Origin: Blasia pusilla
Taxonomy: Eukaryota
Length of the DNA stretch: 64,000 nucleotides
Direction: 5' to 3'
NCBI GenBank assembly: GCA_050084515.1
Contig: CM114271.1
Span: 25,358,001 to 25,422,000, forward strand
In this document: piece by piece, positions 26,881 through 41,627 of the stretch
Position numbering within the stretch: the first letter of the stretch is position 1
Layout of the letters: each line of letters starts with the position of its first letter
Position numbers and translations under genes: made by a program
The notes under the pieces: generated by a model
What the model was told of the DNA's origin: nothing
Database searches by the model: none
What the model saw: the letters and a program-made list of their open reading frames with translations, nothing else

Positions 26881-27633
26881 ACACTTACCAATTTGACCTT
26901 CAATGTAAAAATCAATGCTTTATTAGCGAGAAGATTATAAAACGGAATGCCATAAAAATGACATTCTTACAATAGTCAACACAAAAAAAGTTTGCTACAA
27001 CTATCTACTAATCCCTGTCATGAAATTCAGTAATTACTCTTCTAGTCTAGGTCTATGGTTGGGTCCGGTGGATTAAGATGCAAGCGATAATTTGGCGGCT
27101 CAACAGTTCGAAGTCGGGTGGATCGGCGATGAGTTCCTGTTGTAATTGTTTCATTATCGGAGGAAATGTAAGAATTATCCATGCACATATCATGAAGATA
27201 TGAGAACATCATTATCATTAGGCTCATCAACTAAGTCCACCGTTTGAATGCTCAAAGATTGTGGAGGAGTATCGCGCATAGGTTCACTAGACTCAATGGA
27301 ATAATTCTGAACTCCTAGTGGTGCAACAATCTGAGGGTCATAGGTTGTGTTAGGAGAAGTGCTTGGCAGATTGGATTTTCTTTAATTCCTTTGTTTTTGC
27401 TCCTCCTCGTGCTCTCAAATCCAATGTTCCATTTCAACGTCATCTTCGTCTCTTCCAAGCCCCTCGGAGTCAAAATTTTCAGTGTTGCCGATATGAGTAT
27501 CCTCTCTCCCTTCGATGCCATGAATTCCACATATCACATCCACCTCCTCTAGGTCCTCATCTTGCAAGTCAAGGTTATTTTCATGATTACCATCACAGTT
27601 TCTTACATGCAAGCTAGATTCACTGCCATCTTC

Positions 27634-29107
27634 TCATACCCTTCTAGCTTGTTCTTGTCCATCCCTTTCAAAAAAGTATTGCTCATACAAGAGCGCTTGT
27701 CTTGATTTCTGAGAAACACCCTTGTCTCCAAACCGTGGGTTTGTGTAGATGTACACCAAATCCCTAGCTTGCTTGGTCGTCAATTTATTTGTGTGCTTGT
27801 GGATGAAACCATAACTACTCCAATATCTCTTCGTTGAAGAAGATGAAACCACTTGTGCTAATATGGACTTAGCTTGAGAGCGCTGTGTTGGTGCACTTTG
27901 CTCGTGCATGCTCCACCAATCAAAGGGGCCAAGTGAATCAACAACTTCCCTACCGAACTCATCCCCAAATAGTTCATGATGGTTCACAATGTTTCCCAAC
28001 TCTCGCAAGCGAGTAGCCACCTAAGAATTAGCCTCGATGACATTGAGGCCATGGACCCCCTTTGCATAAAGTTTCATATATTGTTTGACATCTCTTATGC
28101 ACTCAGCATTTGAAGTGACGTCTTGAACATTATCAAGAAGATTATACTAATGACGGAGCAAGAATGTAGCCTATTGCATGTAACTTGTTGTGGATAAGTG
28201 CCCACCGCCTAGAAATAACATCGACCATCTCCGTAGCTCTAGACATTGTGACAAAATAACTGTGATGCCTTTCACCCACACTGAGCCATGGAGTTACAGG
28301 AAAAGAACGAGTCTCTTCGATTATCTAAAAAATACGGCGATAAATATGCCACGTCATTACTTTATGATCGTCACACTCTCTCAAGAGAATAATAGTTGGT
28401 TGAGCCGCAACAAACAACTCCTCACCCTTGATCCAAAAATCGTGATTGGCCACAGTAGTCTCAATCTCTCGTGCCTTCTCCCTTTGGCTCACATCCCTTC
28501 AATTGAAGTACTCCCTAAAATCATTGGTGGAAACCATGGCATGGAACACCTCCCTCAATTCTAAGACGTGTCTCAATATGATAAAATTTGTGCCAAAGCG
28601 TGTGTTTTCCGGAAGCAATAATCGTCTCTTCACCGGATTGGTTTCCATGAATTTGGCCATCATCGAAGTTCTAGTCTTCACAAATACTATCATCTTACGA
28701 GCTTGTGCAAAAATCTTGTCTTCGCAGACTAGATCAAGAGAATGTCATACGCATCCACCCTAAAGAATATGAGGGAACTTTGCTTCGATAAGTTTTTCTG
28801 CTGCTCGCTCATTACTAACATTTTCTGTCACAAGTTGCAACACATTCTCTGGACCGATGCGCATGATAGTCCTCTTTATGTGACTTGCCAACCATTCGGC
28901 CGTTTGGGATTCCCCCTTCGTGTCTACCGACTCAATCATGACCTCACCTTGTGGACAGGAGACCAGTATGTTGATTAAAGACTCACTCCTCATATTGGTC
29001 CAAGAATCCGTTACGATCCTAGCCCCCAAACACAAATTGTCCAATATGCTATCCACCTTTTCCTTCACCTTCTCCATATGTTTCTCAAGTAGGATGGTGC
29101 GCAACAA
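27634..29107 (-). pseudogene. hAT transposase relic (DUF659 + hAT dimerisation domain)
   Basis: IVTDSWTNMRSESLINILV...VLQLVTENVSN (DUF659-like), LLLPENTRFGTNF, and WWSMH...SILAQVVSSSSTKRYWSSYGFIH...KLTTKQARDLVYI (dimerisation domain). Several frameshifts. Confidence 0.88.
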
Positions 29108-32100
29108 ATTGTAACTAGGTATGGGTCAATGGAGGTATGGGTCGTTAGAAACTTGGAATCGATCCCGTGTGGATAACTAGAACTTCAATGCCCCCATCTA
29201 ATCTATCACTTGAAGATCCTCGAACAAGCAAGAGAAATATCATCAACAACATCTTGGAACACTTTAGTTAATATCAATGTAAGTGGCGTTTGTTACTTCC
29301 TCCTACTTGAGATCGAGACATATAGCTCAATATGGTAGTGGCTTATTCAGTCGCACATTAGCGATTTCATGAGCAAAGAGAGTTTATGAATAGAAGTCCT
29401 TCAATTGGTGTGCTTGCAAAGGAGTCATACTTGTGCACTGATAGGTTTACAAAGGCGTTGATAATTGCAAGCAATTCATCGGTTCTCGAGCTATGAGTCT
29501 TAGAGAAATGGCTTCTGGAACATAGGTGGATGTTCTCGCATTCACAAAGCCAAGAGAAGTAGTTCAAACTTTATTGTTGAAGGAACAACCAAAGTTATTG
29601 CACATTAACAATAACTTGCACATTATTGTTAATGTGCAAGTTCAATTTTGACAAGCATTCTTATTAATATTTCTTATTGGTGAATTGCCAATAAGAAATT
29701 TTGTGGTTTGGTTGGATACTCTTGTTTAATAACATAAGTGATGTGTGAACCCAATTGATATCGTCATGAAAAGTGTTCTCCCTCAATCCTAAGAAAAGTT
29801 AGTCACGTACATGACAAACATTAGATTGCACGACATTACTCCAATTAAGAAAAAAGTTTTTCTAAATTTAGCCTCTCTTCTAATATCTGTGTCGTAAAGT
29901 ATTCCGATTGTGAAGGGGTTGCCTAAATTCAGTTGCAGTCCTCAAACGATGGCGAAGGCACCATCAACACACCTACTGGGCAAAATGGTAATGGGATAGT
30001 GGTGATATGGTAATACATAGTTTGCAATATGGTAATGGAGCATGTGGAATGTAACTGACTATTTGTCCTGCGAATTAAGGCGAATCCAAGAGAAACTCGC
30101 GCATACAACCGTAGAATTAACTCGTGCCCATCCATCTACAGCGAGCTCGCCGGTGAAATTGTGCATTGCTCACAATTTACGTCGTATATATGTAGTACCT
30201 GCACAGTCTATTCATCGTGCCATGACACATGAGCTGCCGGACATCAGCGAACTCAGCGGAAACACTGCATTCGACTTATAATAGGTACGCTTCCACACAG
30301 ATCGTCATGGAGCTGCGTGTCATTCAATCCTCCTGGACTCCAAACGCTGTCTGGAATCTATACTTCCTGGCTTCCATCGCAACTTCAACTCCCGACATTT
30401 GACTAAGAACCTCTTTCCAGATCCTCCGTGGTATTCGCTACCTCCGAGCACTTGGACTGGGGGGACATGAAGCACAAGACTCGGTGGAAGGGTGAGGTCC
30501 ACAGTTATGCCATCGTGATCCTAACACCTTAAAGTTAAAATATGCGATAAATCGTCAAGAAACTCCACATCTGGCACGCAAAGTAATCGTTGTCTGCTCG
30601 GCGTTGGGTTCTGGTTAATCATTCTTGCAAATTTATGTGAGGATCAGCTTCGATTGCATATGACCGATGTCCATAGAACCCAGAGGTGAGCAGCTTCCGC
30701 TGAGCTTACTCACTCGGCATCCGCCATACCAGTAATGTACGACTGTCTTCATTAGCTACAACCTCATGCTAAACCACCCACACTTTCCCAGAGCGCCCAT
30801 TGCCAACTAAATCATGTCCGAATATATTTTCGATACATTCATCTCGGCAGTCGATGGGCATTTTTTCTTGCGTCCTCTTACTATTCTTTTATGCACTCAC
30901 TCGTTCGTAATAAGTTTCATAGTCATTCAGAGAATCGTCAAGTTTTACTCCATGTTTCAGTCGAAAATTCGCTACCCTTTGGCGCATGCAGTGTACATAT
31001 CTCTGATGAACCCTGAGCGCTTTGGAACTGGATTCAGGGAATGCACATTCCCTGAATCCAAGTACTGTGAGCCACTCTTTCTTTAATACGGATGCCAGGT
31101 TGGGTGTATTTTTTTCTGGGTGATGTTTATCATTTCCAGTGAAACTCTTGTATGTTGAAAGAGGGATTCGATGATAGACTTTTCCATCTGGTTGCCACTC
31201 AAATCATATTAGAGAAAAATCGCTTACGACATACCTAACAAAACATGGTGGCGAAGGAGAATACAATTATGTCATTTGAAAATGAGTGGAGGGGATAGCA
31301 GCTCGTCTCGTTGTTCGAGTTTTAGATATATAAATTTGCGTCCGGTCTCCCTCTACCAAAATCTATTCGTCTGATGCGTGTGAGAACATTATTGGGATCC
31401 ACCCCGAACACTGTCCTAGCCGCTCGACTCTCAACAAGTTTAGATTCGCTCAATACTGGGCTGGCCATGCCAGTCATAGGATTTCTTTTCAGAGATGGAA
31501 ATGAAAATGTCTTAGAAACATCAAGATCCACTGCGAGCATTATGACTGCACATCGATCTGCAAAGCGTGAAGCGATGGTTCTTTAAATAAACGTCGGGCT
31601 GGCAACGCATACGAAACTTAAATCAGATCCTTCCCGTGGGTCCCATCTCCTTTTATTCAGGCTTTCTTTTCACAATCAGAGCCTTCGGAAAACCTTGCAA
31701 TCCATCACATTTGGAAAGGTAACGAATGCAGTTGTTGTTGTCTCACAGTTGTGGAGTGAGTGAGTTCAGGAGTCACTTCTGACAGAGTCAATCCTCGTTT
31801 CCTGCGTCATCTACCTTTCGATTTGGTGGATAGATCACGAACAGATGTGTCTTGAATTTCATGAATACATAGAGACTTGATTTTTTGAACTTCGATTATT
31901 AGACGAGCAGTCCGATACAGAATGACGCGTGGTCAAGTCGACGGTCACCTTGGTACACGCAAGATCCCATAACGCATCATATGAGGTTTAATTCGCCATG
32001 GCAGTGAGTGCATAGCAGTGTGTATATCCAAAAGACAGCCTATGGGATGGCAGCAGGAGATTCCTATAGTGAGTCCCGCAAGGGGATACGAATAGTGAGC

Positions 32101-33380
32101 TTCGCGCAATCAGGACATGAATGAATGCATCCAGACCTAAAGGTGATTACATCGACTCTGATCGGATTCCAGAGATCTGAATTGTCGCAAGGCTGGCTAG
32201 TACGATCCATGCAATCCTCGCGAGGGTTCTGGAGGGCAGATGATGTGAATTCTCAGGTAAGTCTGCTGTTGTGTCGGGGAGATCTCCTAGTCCTTACTGC
32301 CGCTGCTTTCCCTGACCTTGCTTGATCAAGATAGAATTCCAACTTGCTTTTGCGAGTTTGGACACAAACGAAGGGACGCAAAGATCATCGAACTGATTCC
32401 TCAAGACTCTTCATTACTAGCACGATAGTGCAGATGAAACAAAACATCTCTGTACCTAAACAGCCGGGAATCCGCCAATACCTTCCATTCTCGACTATTC
32501 TAAGTCTGCTGGATTCGGGTTGCACGATCGCTCTTCCAGCAACTCATGATCGGCATCCGTCAGAGGAGGCAAACCGCATATCGTTGCCCTAGAACGTTGC
32601 AGATCACTTCAATCAGTCAATCGTTCCTAGCTTCCTCCACCCAAGCGTAGCCAGCCTAAAGCGTGGAGGTTGCGCGCCGTACCATTTACAAGATATCCAG
32701 AACCTCTCAGCAGGAGCGTATCAAACAATTAATGCCGGAGCCAGCTAATTTTACTGTTACCATGACTTAGCAAACCACAGCTCGGATCGTTGGACCCGAC
32801 GACTTCTACTGCAAGTGCCTAATTCAGCACTTGCCGCCCCATATTCCCGTGGACATCATGGCATAGCTCGCACAAGCTATGCAGAAAGGATCAAGAGCTC
32901 CTATTCACAGTGAGAAAATGCAGAGGTCCGTCAGGTCGGGGTTTGGTATCCGTGCTCCAATGCCATTAAATTTGGAAGTGTGTGCATGAAATTTCGTCTT
33001 GCAGTACCGTGCCTCTCGCGCTCGCCTTAGCACAGGCTGGCTTAGGGCAGCTGACATCGTTCTCCTCTCCTTGAACAAACAAACAAACGAACGAACGAAC
33101 AAGAATCAATCAAAGCAGCATTCTTTCCTCACTTTCCTTGAGCTTGTCCTTTTCCTTCTCCTGTCTGTGCGCAGATTTTTGGATGGTGCAATCTTTTTGT
33201 TAACCACTTTTTGTGCGTTTCTCACATCCGTCGTACCACCCTGTTTGCTTTTCACGGCTCGTCTCTAACATCCGTGTTGCCATCTTTTCGTTTCGTGGCG
33301 ATTCTACACAGCCGTATTGATATTCATGGCTACGTGGTTTCCATGCACGATCCTTATGTCCCTCCAATAGTTATTTTTTA

Positions 33381-35466
33381 CTAGTAGGATGCGAGTGCGA
33401 TAAACGGAAAAGATGAAGTGGGGGGGTTTTACATGGTGGAATGTGAAAAATATATCTTTCATGTAAGAATTTTTTTATAGTTTTTTTTTTTTTAATGTTT
33501 ATCATGGAATTTTTTTTCCTATTCTAGATAATACTACCCGTAATTTAATTGATCATGAAAAAATTACGGGAGTAGGCAAATAAATGCCGACCCTTTGTAA
33601 AATTTGATCTTGAGTTATTAATTGTCATAGCAAAAGTTTGAAACCTACGTAAATCAAATGGCAAATCAGAGTCGAATGCAATCAATGGGATACGTGAAAT
33701 AGAAACTTGATCTCCAATATTCTTCCCTATGATGATTTCAACATCTATGCAATGTTGCATAAATCCACGAATCCCCAGTCTAGTTTTGTTTGCTTGTCCA
33801 TGTGAGTCATTCATGTTTCGTAAGAGCATCATTAGTGCATCAATCTTCAAGCACAAACGATGCGGAGGTAATCCAGAAGGCAAGCATGTATTCAAAAATT
33901 GAGTTGGATATGTATGAGTCATCCCCTCATTCAGAATAGAATCAATACTGAGATAAATATACTCTTGTACACTATATGTAGTGACTTGGTGAGAAGAACT
34001 AACATTACAATCCAAACTTCCAAAATTAAAAGTTGCAATAAGAGAATAGTAAAAATGATTACATGTCTAGGAAACTGAAACATGACATCTCCTAATAGGG
34101 ATGTCAACATGCCTATCTCTGGGGGTCAAACTAGGACATGACATCTCCATCTCCAAGAAATAGGGATGTTGATATCTCCGTTTATTTATTTCGTTAACAT
34201 CCCTATTTCTCGGGGTCAAAATAGCTGTATCTCTCACAAAATCAATGTCAGGGAATCGGCTAGAAGAATTGTCATAGATCAAGTTAATAAGATAGCATAT
34301 ATTGTTACTATTAGTGACAATTGCAGATGATAATCGTATAAAGTATTTTTCCAAATGAGGATGCAAAGGAATACAACCCTCTCCTACTTCGAATAATCAA
34401 TCGGCATCACGGATTAAGCGTGCTTCGTCACTATTGACTGATAAACTGTAAACGACATTAGAAAGTAAATAAAAACTTCATATTTGGAGTTATGAAATTA
34501 AATGTATGGATAGAATTGGACATAATGCAGGTAATAAGACTTACTTGCAAATAGAGCTCTCATGAATATTGATAGGGATCTTGAAGCGTGAATGGGCACT
34601 ACACCCTCCATCTAACGATAGCACTGCTATTCACTTGCACTCCTACGCTTATAAGAAGAAGGTTTTATAAATAAGTCTTTCCCGTTCCACCTAGACCATC
34701 GATAATAATTTTTTGGGAGATGATGGAGCATTTTAGCATGTTTTATCAAACTCATCATATATAGCATCCCAAACCAAATGTTGTCCTTGATTTAGATACG
34801 ATTCTCCAAGTTGTACTTGCTCAAATCATTCCTCAATATCATATGATAATTCTTGTTCCTCCAAATATGAATGTGAATTTCGACTTTGGAAATTAGCTTG
34901 GGGCAGGTCAAGAAAGTCAGAAAATCTTTTTCTTTGATCTATTAAGTAATAGTGGATTTCTAACAATGTAGTATTCATCAAATCATCATCAATAGGAAGA
35001 TTAGGAATTCTTGTTTTTTGCAATGCGATAGTTTCAAAAAATATTTGTGGTTCGTTTCTTTAATGCTCGAGAAAAGATACTATTAAGAAGGAAAGGAATG
35101 ATTTAAGAATAGTCATTTCTCACCTCACGTCGTTAATATAAGAGATCTTCTACCAATAGAGTCAAGAACTAACTCCATAATGTAGCTAGTTAAGCCGGCG
35201 TGTTGTAAGCTAGAATAATTGCAAATAGTCAGCCAAGTGAAGAGCCCATACGGATCATAAAAGCTTTTTCAAATCAAGAGAACACTTCTCTATCATCCTC
35301 CATAAGTTCCAATTGGAAAGTAGTTTCCTTGAATGTTGGATATAATACTCTATGAACAGTTCTCAAGCATTCGCATGTAGTTGCTCCTCGAACATTGTGG
35401 AGGAGTAATCTCAACCAATGGTGTTCTCCTTCACCTAAGGATGAGTGCAATAAAATCCTATCCAAG
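33381..35466 (-). mobile_element. Helitron 3' part (degenerate RepHel/PIF1 helicase), cut at its 5' side by gypsy element 2
   Basis: GEHHWLRLLLHNVRGATT..LRTV...YPTFKE...EDDRE, AILTPRNRDVNEIN, FLNTCLPSGLPPHRLCLKI...MLLRNMN...RIPL...LPF..RRFQ..FAMTIN. The minus-strand 3' end is CTAG (33381-33384) followed by T, with a decayed GC hairpin upstream. Confidence 0.88.
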
Positions 35467-36412
35467 GCATACACATCGCTGCACAACATACATCGTTGTC
35501 ACCGAACACACACACAAACACGCACGATCCCATCCTAACTCATGGCATCCAAACAACGAGACAAGAAGTACTAAAATATCTCCAATAAAATAAGATCCAA
35601 TCTCTCTCACAACACCATAGTTCTCACATGTGTGCACTCTCACATATCTCTCTCAATGTCAAACTAAAGCCACTCTCCTAATGAGAGGCTTGGGTTACAC
35701 ACATAAGGCAAGCAAGACCATAGGTCCACTGCCTCATGGCAAGAGATTCAACAAAGAGAGAATGAGCTCTCAAGCTCTCTCTCCTTGAGGTATATCCCTC
35801 CTCTCTCCCAAGCTCTCTCCATGGTAACCTATGCTCCCAAGTCACCTCCTTGGCTCTTGACTTGATGTAGGAGGTCAAGGACTACTTACCAAAAATAGAA
35901 AGTAGATCATATACTCAAAATGGTACTTATCTAAAATAGTAAGTTCCTCAATATGGCTCCAAATGAGCCAAAACAAAGGGGAAACCTACTCTCTCAAGTT
36001 TCCCGGGGCCTCAACAGGTCATCCTTGACCTACTGAGTCTGTCGTACACTACTTACGAAGCGCTCTACTAGATCTCACCGATCTGTCCTAAAAGACGTGA
36101 CAATTATCGTGCGCATACACATCACTACACAACATACATCGTTGTCACGGAACACACACACAAACACGCATGATTCCATGCTAACTCATGACATCCAAAA
36201 AATGAGACAAGAAGTACTAAAATATCTCCAATCGCCCCCCTAGCAGGTGGTTAGGTCCCTCTAACTACAGATAGGCATCTATCCCTACCTACCATGACAT
36301 ATATCTCTCGAACGCTAAGAGCAAGAAGGTCCGGTGCTCATGTGGCCCCATCGTTAGTCACCTTCTTGTTATCCATATCACAGACACAAGTCGGAATGTA
36401 GAACTACCTATT

Positions 36413-37790
36413 CTATGTACATCTGGGACACATCCATCGTCTCTAAAGAACCCTAGTGAGAGGTGGCGTCAAACATGCCATATGCCATCCTCTCGAACAC
36501 CCATCACAGACTAGCATAGTGGCTATATCATGGGCGGAACCACACAACATACACCGCAAGCTTGCAGGAACTATTGCTAAGCTTGGATCAACTGTATCGT
36601 CAATGTTCAGAAGATGACATGGCGCACTGTTACGCACACTGTCCTTCCAAACCATATCATCGCTTCCCTCCAATAAGAGAACACCGAATGGCAAAACCTC
36701 ACGCACTCTCAAGATGGTGCGCCATGCAGTCACATCCAACATCGTGGATGCCGTCTGCTGCAAGTAGACATAGTCTCCCTGATGAAACCTCAAGATAGTA
36801 GGTCGATAACCACCTCCCCAAATAGTCGCATACCTCAACGTATCCCGATGTTGTGCAATCGCCAAGTTCTCAAACGCCATGGGCATCACTCTCCAAAACA
36901 AGTCAGCCTCTGATAACATGCTCGCATCCATACATCAGGGTCATCAAGGTTCAACACCTCACCAGTATCTCGACAAATGGCCGTGTGTAAATCTGGCTCT
37001 CGGACATAAAGCGACAAGTATGGTGAGAAAGACGCTAAGGATGCCTACCTGCTGAATCTGTATTCCATCGCCAACCACGGCAACTAAAGGTCCTAATCTC
37101 TTAGATGACCTCTCTACAAGCAATACTTGCATAGTCCTCTCTTCACCGTCTTCACACCCCCCCCTCTGCTAGTCCATCCGTCTCAGGATGATCTCGCGAA
37201 GTAATGCGGTGGTCGATTAGTGCCTGATCACACAAGGCCTGAAACTCCCCACACAACTTTGTACCCTGGTCTGTCAACACCTCCGCTGGTGTGCCGTAAT
37301 GACTTAGCACTCGATTTAGGAAGGCATACGCTACTCCCTCACTCGCTTTGTCAGGCAATGCAACCAACTCTATCCACTTCGAGAAGTGCTCGACCATCAC
37401 CAACACATAACGACTATGGCGCTCTGTCAAAGGCAAAGGTCGTGCAAAATCCAAACTCCATCTGTAACCTAAACCCATGATCGGAAGTGGATGCAACTGT
37501 GGAGTTGGAACATTGAACGATGCTCAGACTTGATCACACACCATGCATCTGGCAACAAACTGCTAAACATCAATCTGCATGCCTCGCCACCAATACTGAA
37601 TCTAGAGCAAGTTGTACGTCCGCTTCACTCCAAAACGACCCAACTCCTCGTGGGCATGACGCACCAAACGTGCTCACTACACGCACGCTACCATCCTCCC
37701 ACAACTCATAACGCATATCTGCCCTCCCACTGGAACCATCTGGCTTGTTATAGGATCTGATCCCGCTCTCTAGCACCCATTGTGCTCGCG
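36413..37790 (-). pseudogene. Integrase + PHD finger of element 2
   Basis: WSLDFARPL...VMVEHFSKW...VLTDQG...DHPETDGLAE, then CMLCGS...LVCDGCSRGWHMACLTPPL..*RRWMCPRCT*. Confidence 0.9.
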
Positions 37791-38020
37791 ATGTTGCCAA
37801 TACACAAGTACTCCAAGACCACTCCATCATCGTGAATGTCTCAGCCACCTGTCATCTCCTCACCGACCTTTGGATCTAAGGACTCTCCATTAGACCTCGC
37901 CATCAAAGTCTCAACAATCTGGCTCTCCATAGCTAACAAGCCCAAATAGGCTGACGCATGCCATCTTGGCACCAACTCCTCATCACTCTCACCATGCCAA
38001 CGAGCTCCAGTCGCATCTCG

Positions 38021-39406
38021 CTAACTCGGGCATGGGTTACGACTCAAACCATCTGCATCCTGGTTGAGCATCCCTGGTCTATGCACCACTTGGAAGTCAT
38101 ACTCCTGCAACAAAAGAGCCCACCTTGCAAGCTTCCCTGTAAGCTTGTCGGACTCCATCAACCACTTAAGTGGCTGATATTCAGTAATGATGGTAAAGGG
38201 ATTCCCGAATAGATAACATCTAAAATGTGCGACAACCCACACTGTAGCCAAGCACTCACCCTCATACGAGCTATACTTCGCCTCTGCAGCGTTGTTCGAG
38301 CAACTAGCGTAAGCCACCACGAACTCTCTACCATCATCGTCATGCTAGGTGAGCATGGCTCCAAGCCCCAACATGCTCTAATCGGTATGCAAGTGGAAAG
38401 TACGCCCCTTGATCGGTCTCTTCAATATGGGCGCGGACGTCAATTTTTCCTTGAGCATCTGAAATGCTCTTTCTTGCTCATCCTCCCACTGCCACTCCTG
38501 ATCCATCTTGGTCATCAAGGTTAGCGGCTTCACAATTGAACTAAAACCCTTGACGTACCGTCGATAGAAGTTCACAATCCCATGAATGCATGAATTCGAA
38601 TCACATCAATAGGGCGCGGAATGCGTGAAATAGCCTCTACCTTTGTTTATTGCACACCAAGGCCCCCAGGGTATATTGTATGATCAAAGTACTCAATCTG
38701 GTCATAGAAGAACTTGCACTTGCCTAGATGTAGCTTCAGTCCATGTAATTGCAATCGTCAAAAAACCTCCTCTAAATGTCCCTCATGCTCCTCAACTGTG
38801 GCACTAAAGACTACGATATCATCAATATAATACCTAGAAAAATCCAGACCTACCAAGATCCTATCCATGACCCTCTGAAACTCAGCCAAGGCGCTCTTTA
38901 ATCCAAATGGTAAGAACCGGCACTAGTACAAACAATCCTTCCCGTGAGGATCGATGTCCCAAAATGCCGTCTTCTGCCTGTCCTCCAATCTGATAGGCAG
39001 TTGATGGTATTCGGCTTGCAAATCCAATGAACTGAAGACCTTTGCATGCCCGATCGCATCAAATATCTCCTTAGGAGTGGGCATGGCATACCTATCAAAC
39101 TTTGTCTGTCGATTGATAGGTCGATAATCTCCACACATCCGCCTATCCGTCCAATTGCCATGCACATCCTTCTTGACGCGCATGACAATGGCAGATGCAT
39201 ACTCTCCATGCAAAATCTCCACTAGTCCTGCTCCAACCAAGTCCTGGCTTCTACTTTGAATCAGAGCCCTCTCCATATCACTATACCTATAGGGTCATCG
39301 AAGATCAGCGTGTCACTCTACAACTCAATGCGGATCCCTGGACCCTTCAACATACCCAAATCATGCATACTAAATGCAAAACAACTCCTATAACTCCTAA
39401 GGAGCT
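38021..39406 (-). pseudogene. Reverse transcriptase + RNase H of element 2
   Basis: RRMCGDYRPINRQT, FSSLDL..YHQL, YIDDIVVFS (~38810-38830), NFYRRYVKGFS, LHTD, YSSYEGECLA, LARWALLLQEYDF, DADGLSR. Confidence 0.92.
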
Positions 39407-40137
39407 TGTCGTGCGAATCGTTGACATACCATACTCACATACATACATAACATAGACGAGAGCATCCACAAACATAACTGTACCACAACTGAAATCCGTG
39501 AAAGACCTACTGTCATAAAACACATATAGAATCACGCACAATCGAGCCAAACCCACTCCACGATGGGAGAATCTAGGTCGAAGCTTGCGGGGAAGACCAT
39601 AGCCAAGAGCTCTACTCACTACCAAGGCTAACTCCCAATGCAACAGGCTCAACTCAAAGAACTGACTGTTCTTTGGATGCACTCCACACTATATCCTCCA
39701 ACCGAAGAGCGGGCCCTACTGGGAAAGTTACCCCAACTAAGTAACCCCCAACCCTATGTATGAAACCACATCTCTACCTAGCCACTACGGTCCTACATAA
39801 GGTATGGCCTCTACTAGCACACTATATTCTACGACATAATCCGTATGGTTACGACAACTATCATGCGAATCCACCTTGTCATATAATATACATCGCTGAC
39901 ATACCATACTCACATACATACATAACATAGACGAGAGCATCCACAAACATAACTATACCACAACTCGCCCCCCTAACTGGCGGTTAGATCCCTCTAACTC
40001 CCAGGTAGCCCTATACATCTACTACGTGCTATACACCTTCGTGGGTGCACGAATCAAAAGGCCGGGTGCTACGTTGCCCCATTGTTAGTCGCACATCTGT
40101 AATCCATATCATGCAAAGATCAAGTCATCTACCTCTC

Positions 40138-41561
40138 CTAAATACATTGAGGACAAACCCACCTTCTAGTAGGAACAACATCCATACGTGGAGTCAAACA
40201 TATCATGTGCCAACCCCTAGAACACTGATCACACACCAACATACGGGCTGCGTTACCAGCAGACCCACACAACATGCACCTCAAGCTAGCACGTATCATG
40301 GCTAAGCTTGGGTCAACAGTACCATCCACATTTGGAAGATGACATGGCGCACAATTACGCACATGGTCCTTCCAAACAACTCCATCACGATCCTTCAACA
40401 TGAGAACTCCAGAAGCTAACACCTCGCGCACTCGTAAAATAGTGCGGCTTGCCGTCACATCCAACGTTGTCGGTGCAATCTGCTGCAAATAGACATAGTC
40501 CCCCACATGGAACCTACGAATCGATGGTCGATAACGTTCATCCCGAAAGGTTGCATACCGCAACGTATCTCTATGTTGAGCAATGGCAAGATTCTCAAAG
40601 GCTGTTGGCATAACTCTCCGAAAGAGCTCTGCCCGCTGAGAACATATCCTCATCCACATCTCTGGGTCATCAAGGTTCACCACCTCACTAGACTCCCGAC
40701 GAATTGCTGCTGGCAAGTGTGGATCTTGGCCGTATAATAGAAAATAAGGTGAGAAGGAAGCCAAAGATGCTTGGCGACTGAACCTATATCCCATGGCTAA
40801 CCATGGCAACTGAATATCCCTGTCTCCAAGGTGCCCCTTCTGTAAGCCATACTTGCACAATGCCCTCTTCACCGTCTGAACCACACGCTCAGCCAAACCA
40901 TCCGCCTCTGGATGATCTTGAGACGTGGTCCGATGATCAATCAACGCCTTGTCACACAAGACCTGAAACTCACCCTGAAACTCTGTACCCTGGTCGGTTT
41001 GCACTTCAGATGATGCACCAAAATGACTAAGCACTCTATGAAGAAACGCGTACGCCGTACCCTCACTTGCCTTGTCAGGTAATGCCACCAACTCAATCCA
41101 CTTGGAGAAGTGCTCCATCATCACCAACACATATCGATATGTCGTACAGTCAACGGTAACGGTCCCGCAAAGTCCACACTCCAACGGTAACCCAACCCCA
41201 TAATACGCAAGGGGTGTAACTGTGGTGTAGGGGCATTGAATGATGCCCTCACCCGGTCACAAACCATACAACGTGACACCAACTGCTGCACTGAGTATGC
41301 ATGCCACGCCACCAATATCGACCAAGGAGTAAGCTATACGTACGCTTTACCCCCAAATTGCCCCAACTCCTCATGGGCATGTCGCACAATGCGCTCTCTC
41401 TGAGCCAAATGCGGCACTACTCGTACTCTACCATCCTCCCACACACGGAGAATATGTGTTCCCTCCAATCGATACCTCTTAGCACGTTGAAGAACACGAT
41501 CTCGCTCCTTGGCACTCACTATGCCTGGCACCCTACTGGTCCGTATGAACTCCAACACCAA
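40138..41561 (-). pseudogene. Integrase + PHD finger of element 3
   Basis: 348-aa ORF with DDE core (MMEHFSKW...TDQGTEF...ADGLAERVVQTVK) ending CMLCGS...LVCDQCSRGWHMICLTP...WVCPQC. Upstream HHCC fragments. Confidence 0.92.
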
Positions 41562-41627
41562 CGCATCATCATGAATATCACGCTGATCCGCACGCCATCT
41601 CCAACCTTAGGATCTCAAGGTGGCCAT

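Noticed and set aside
30451-30466. miR319-like TTGGACTG match
   Set aside because: Only ~8 nt match and no precursor hairpin seen.
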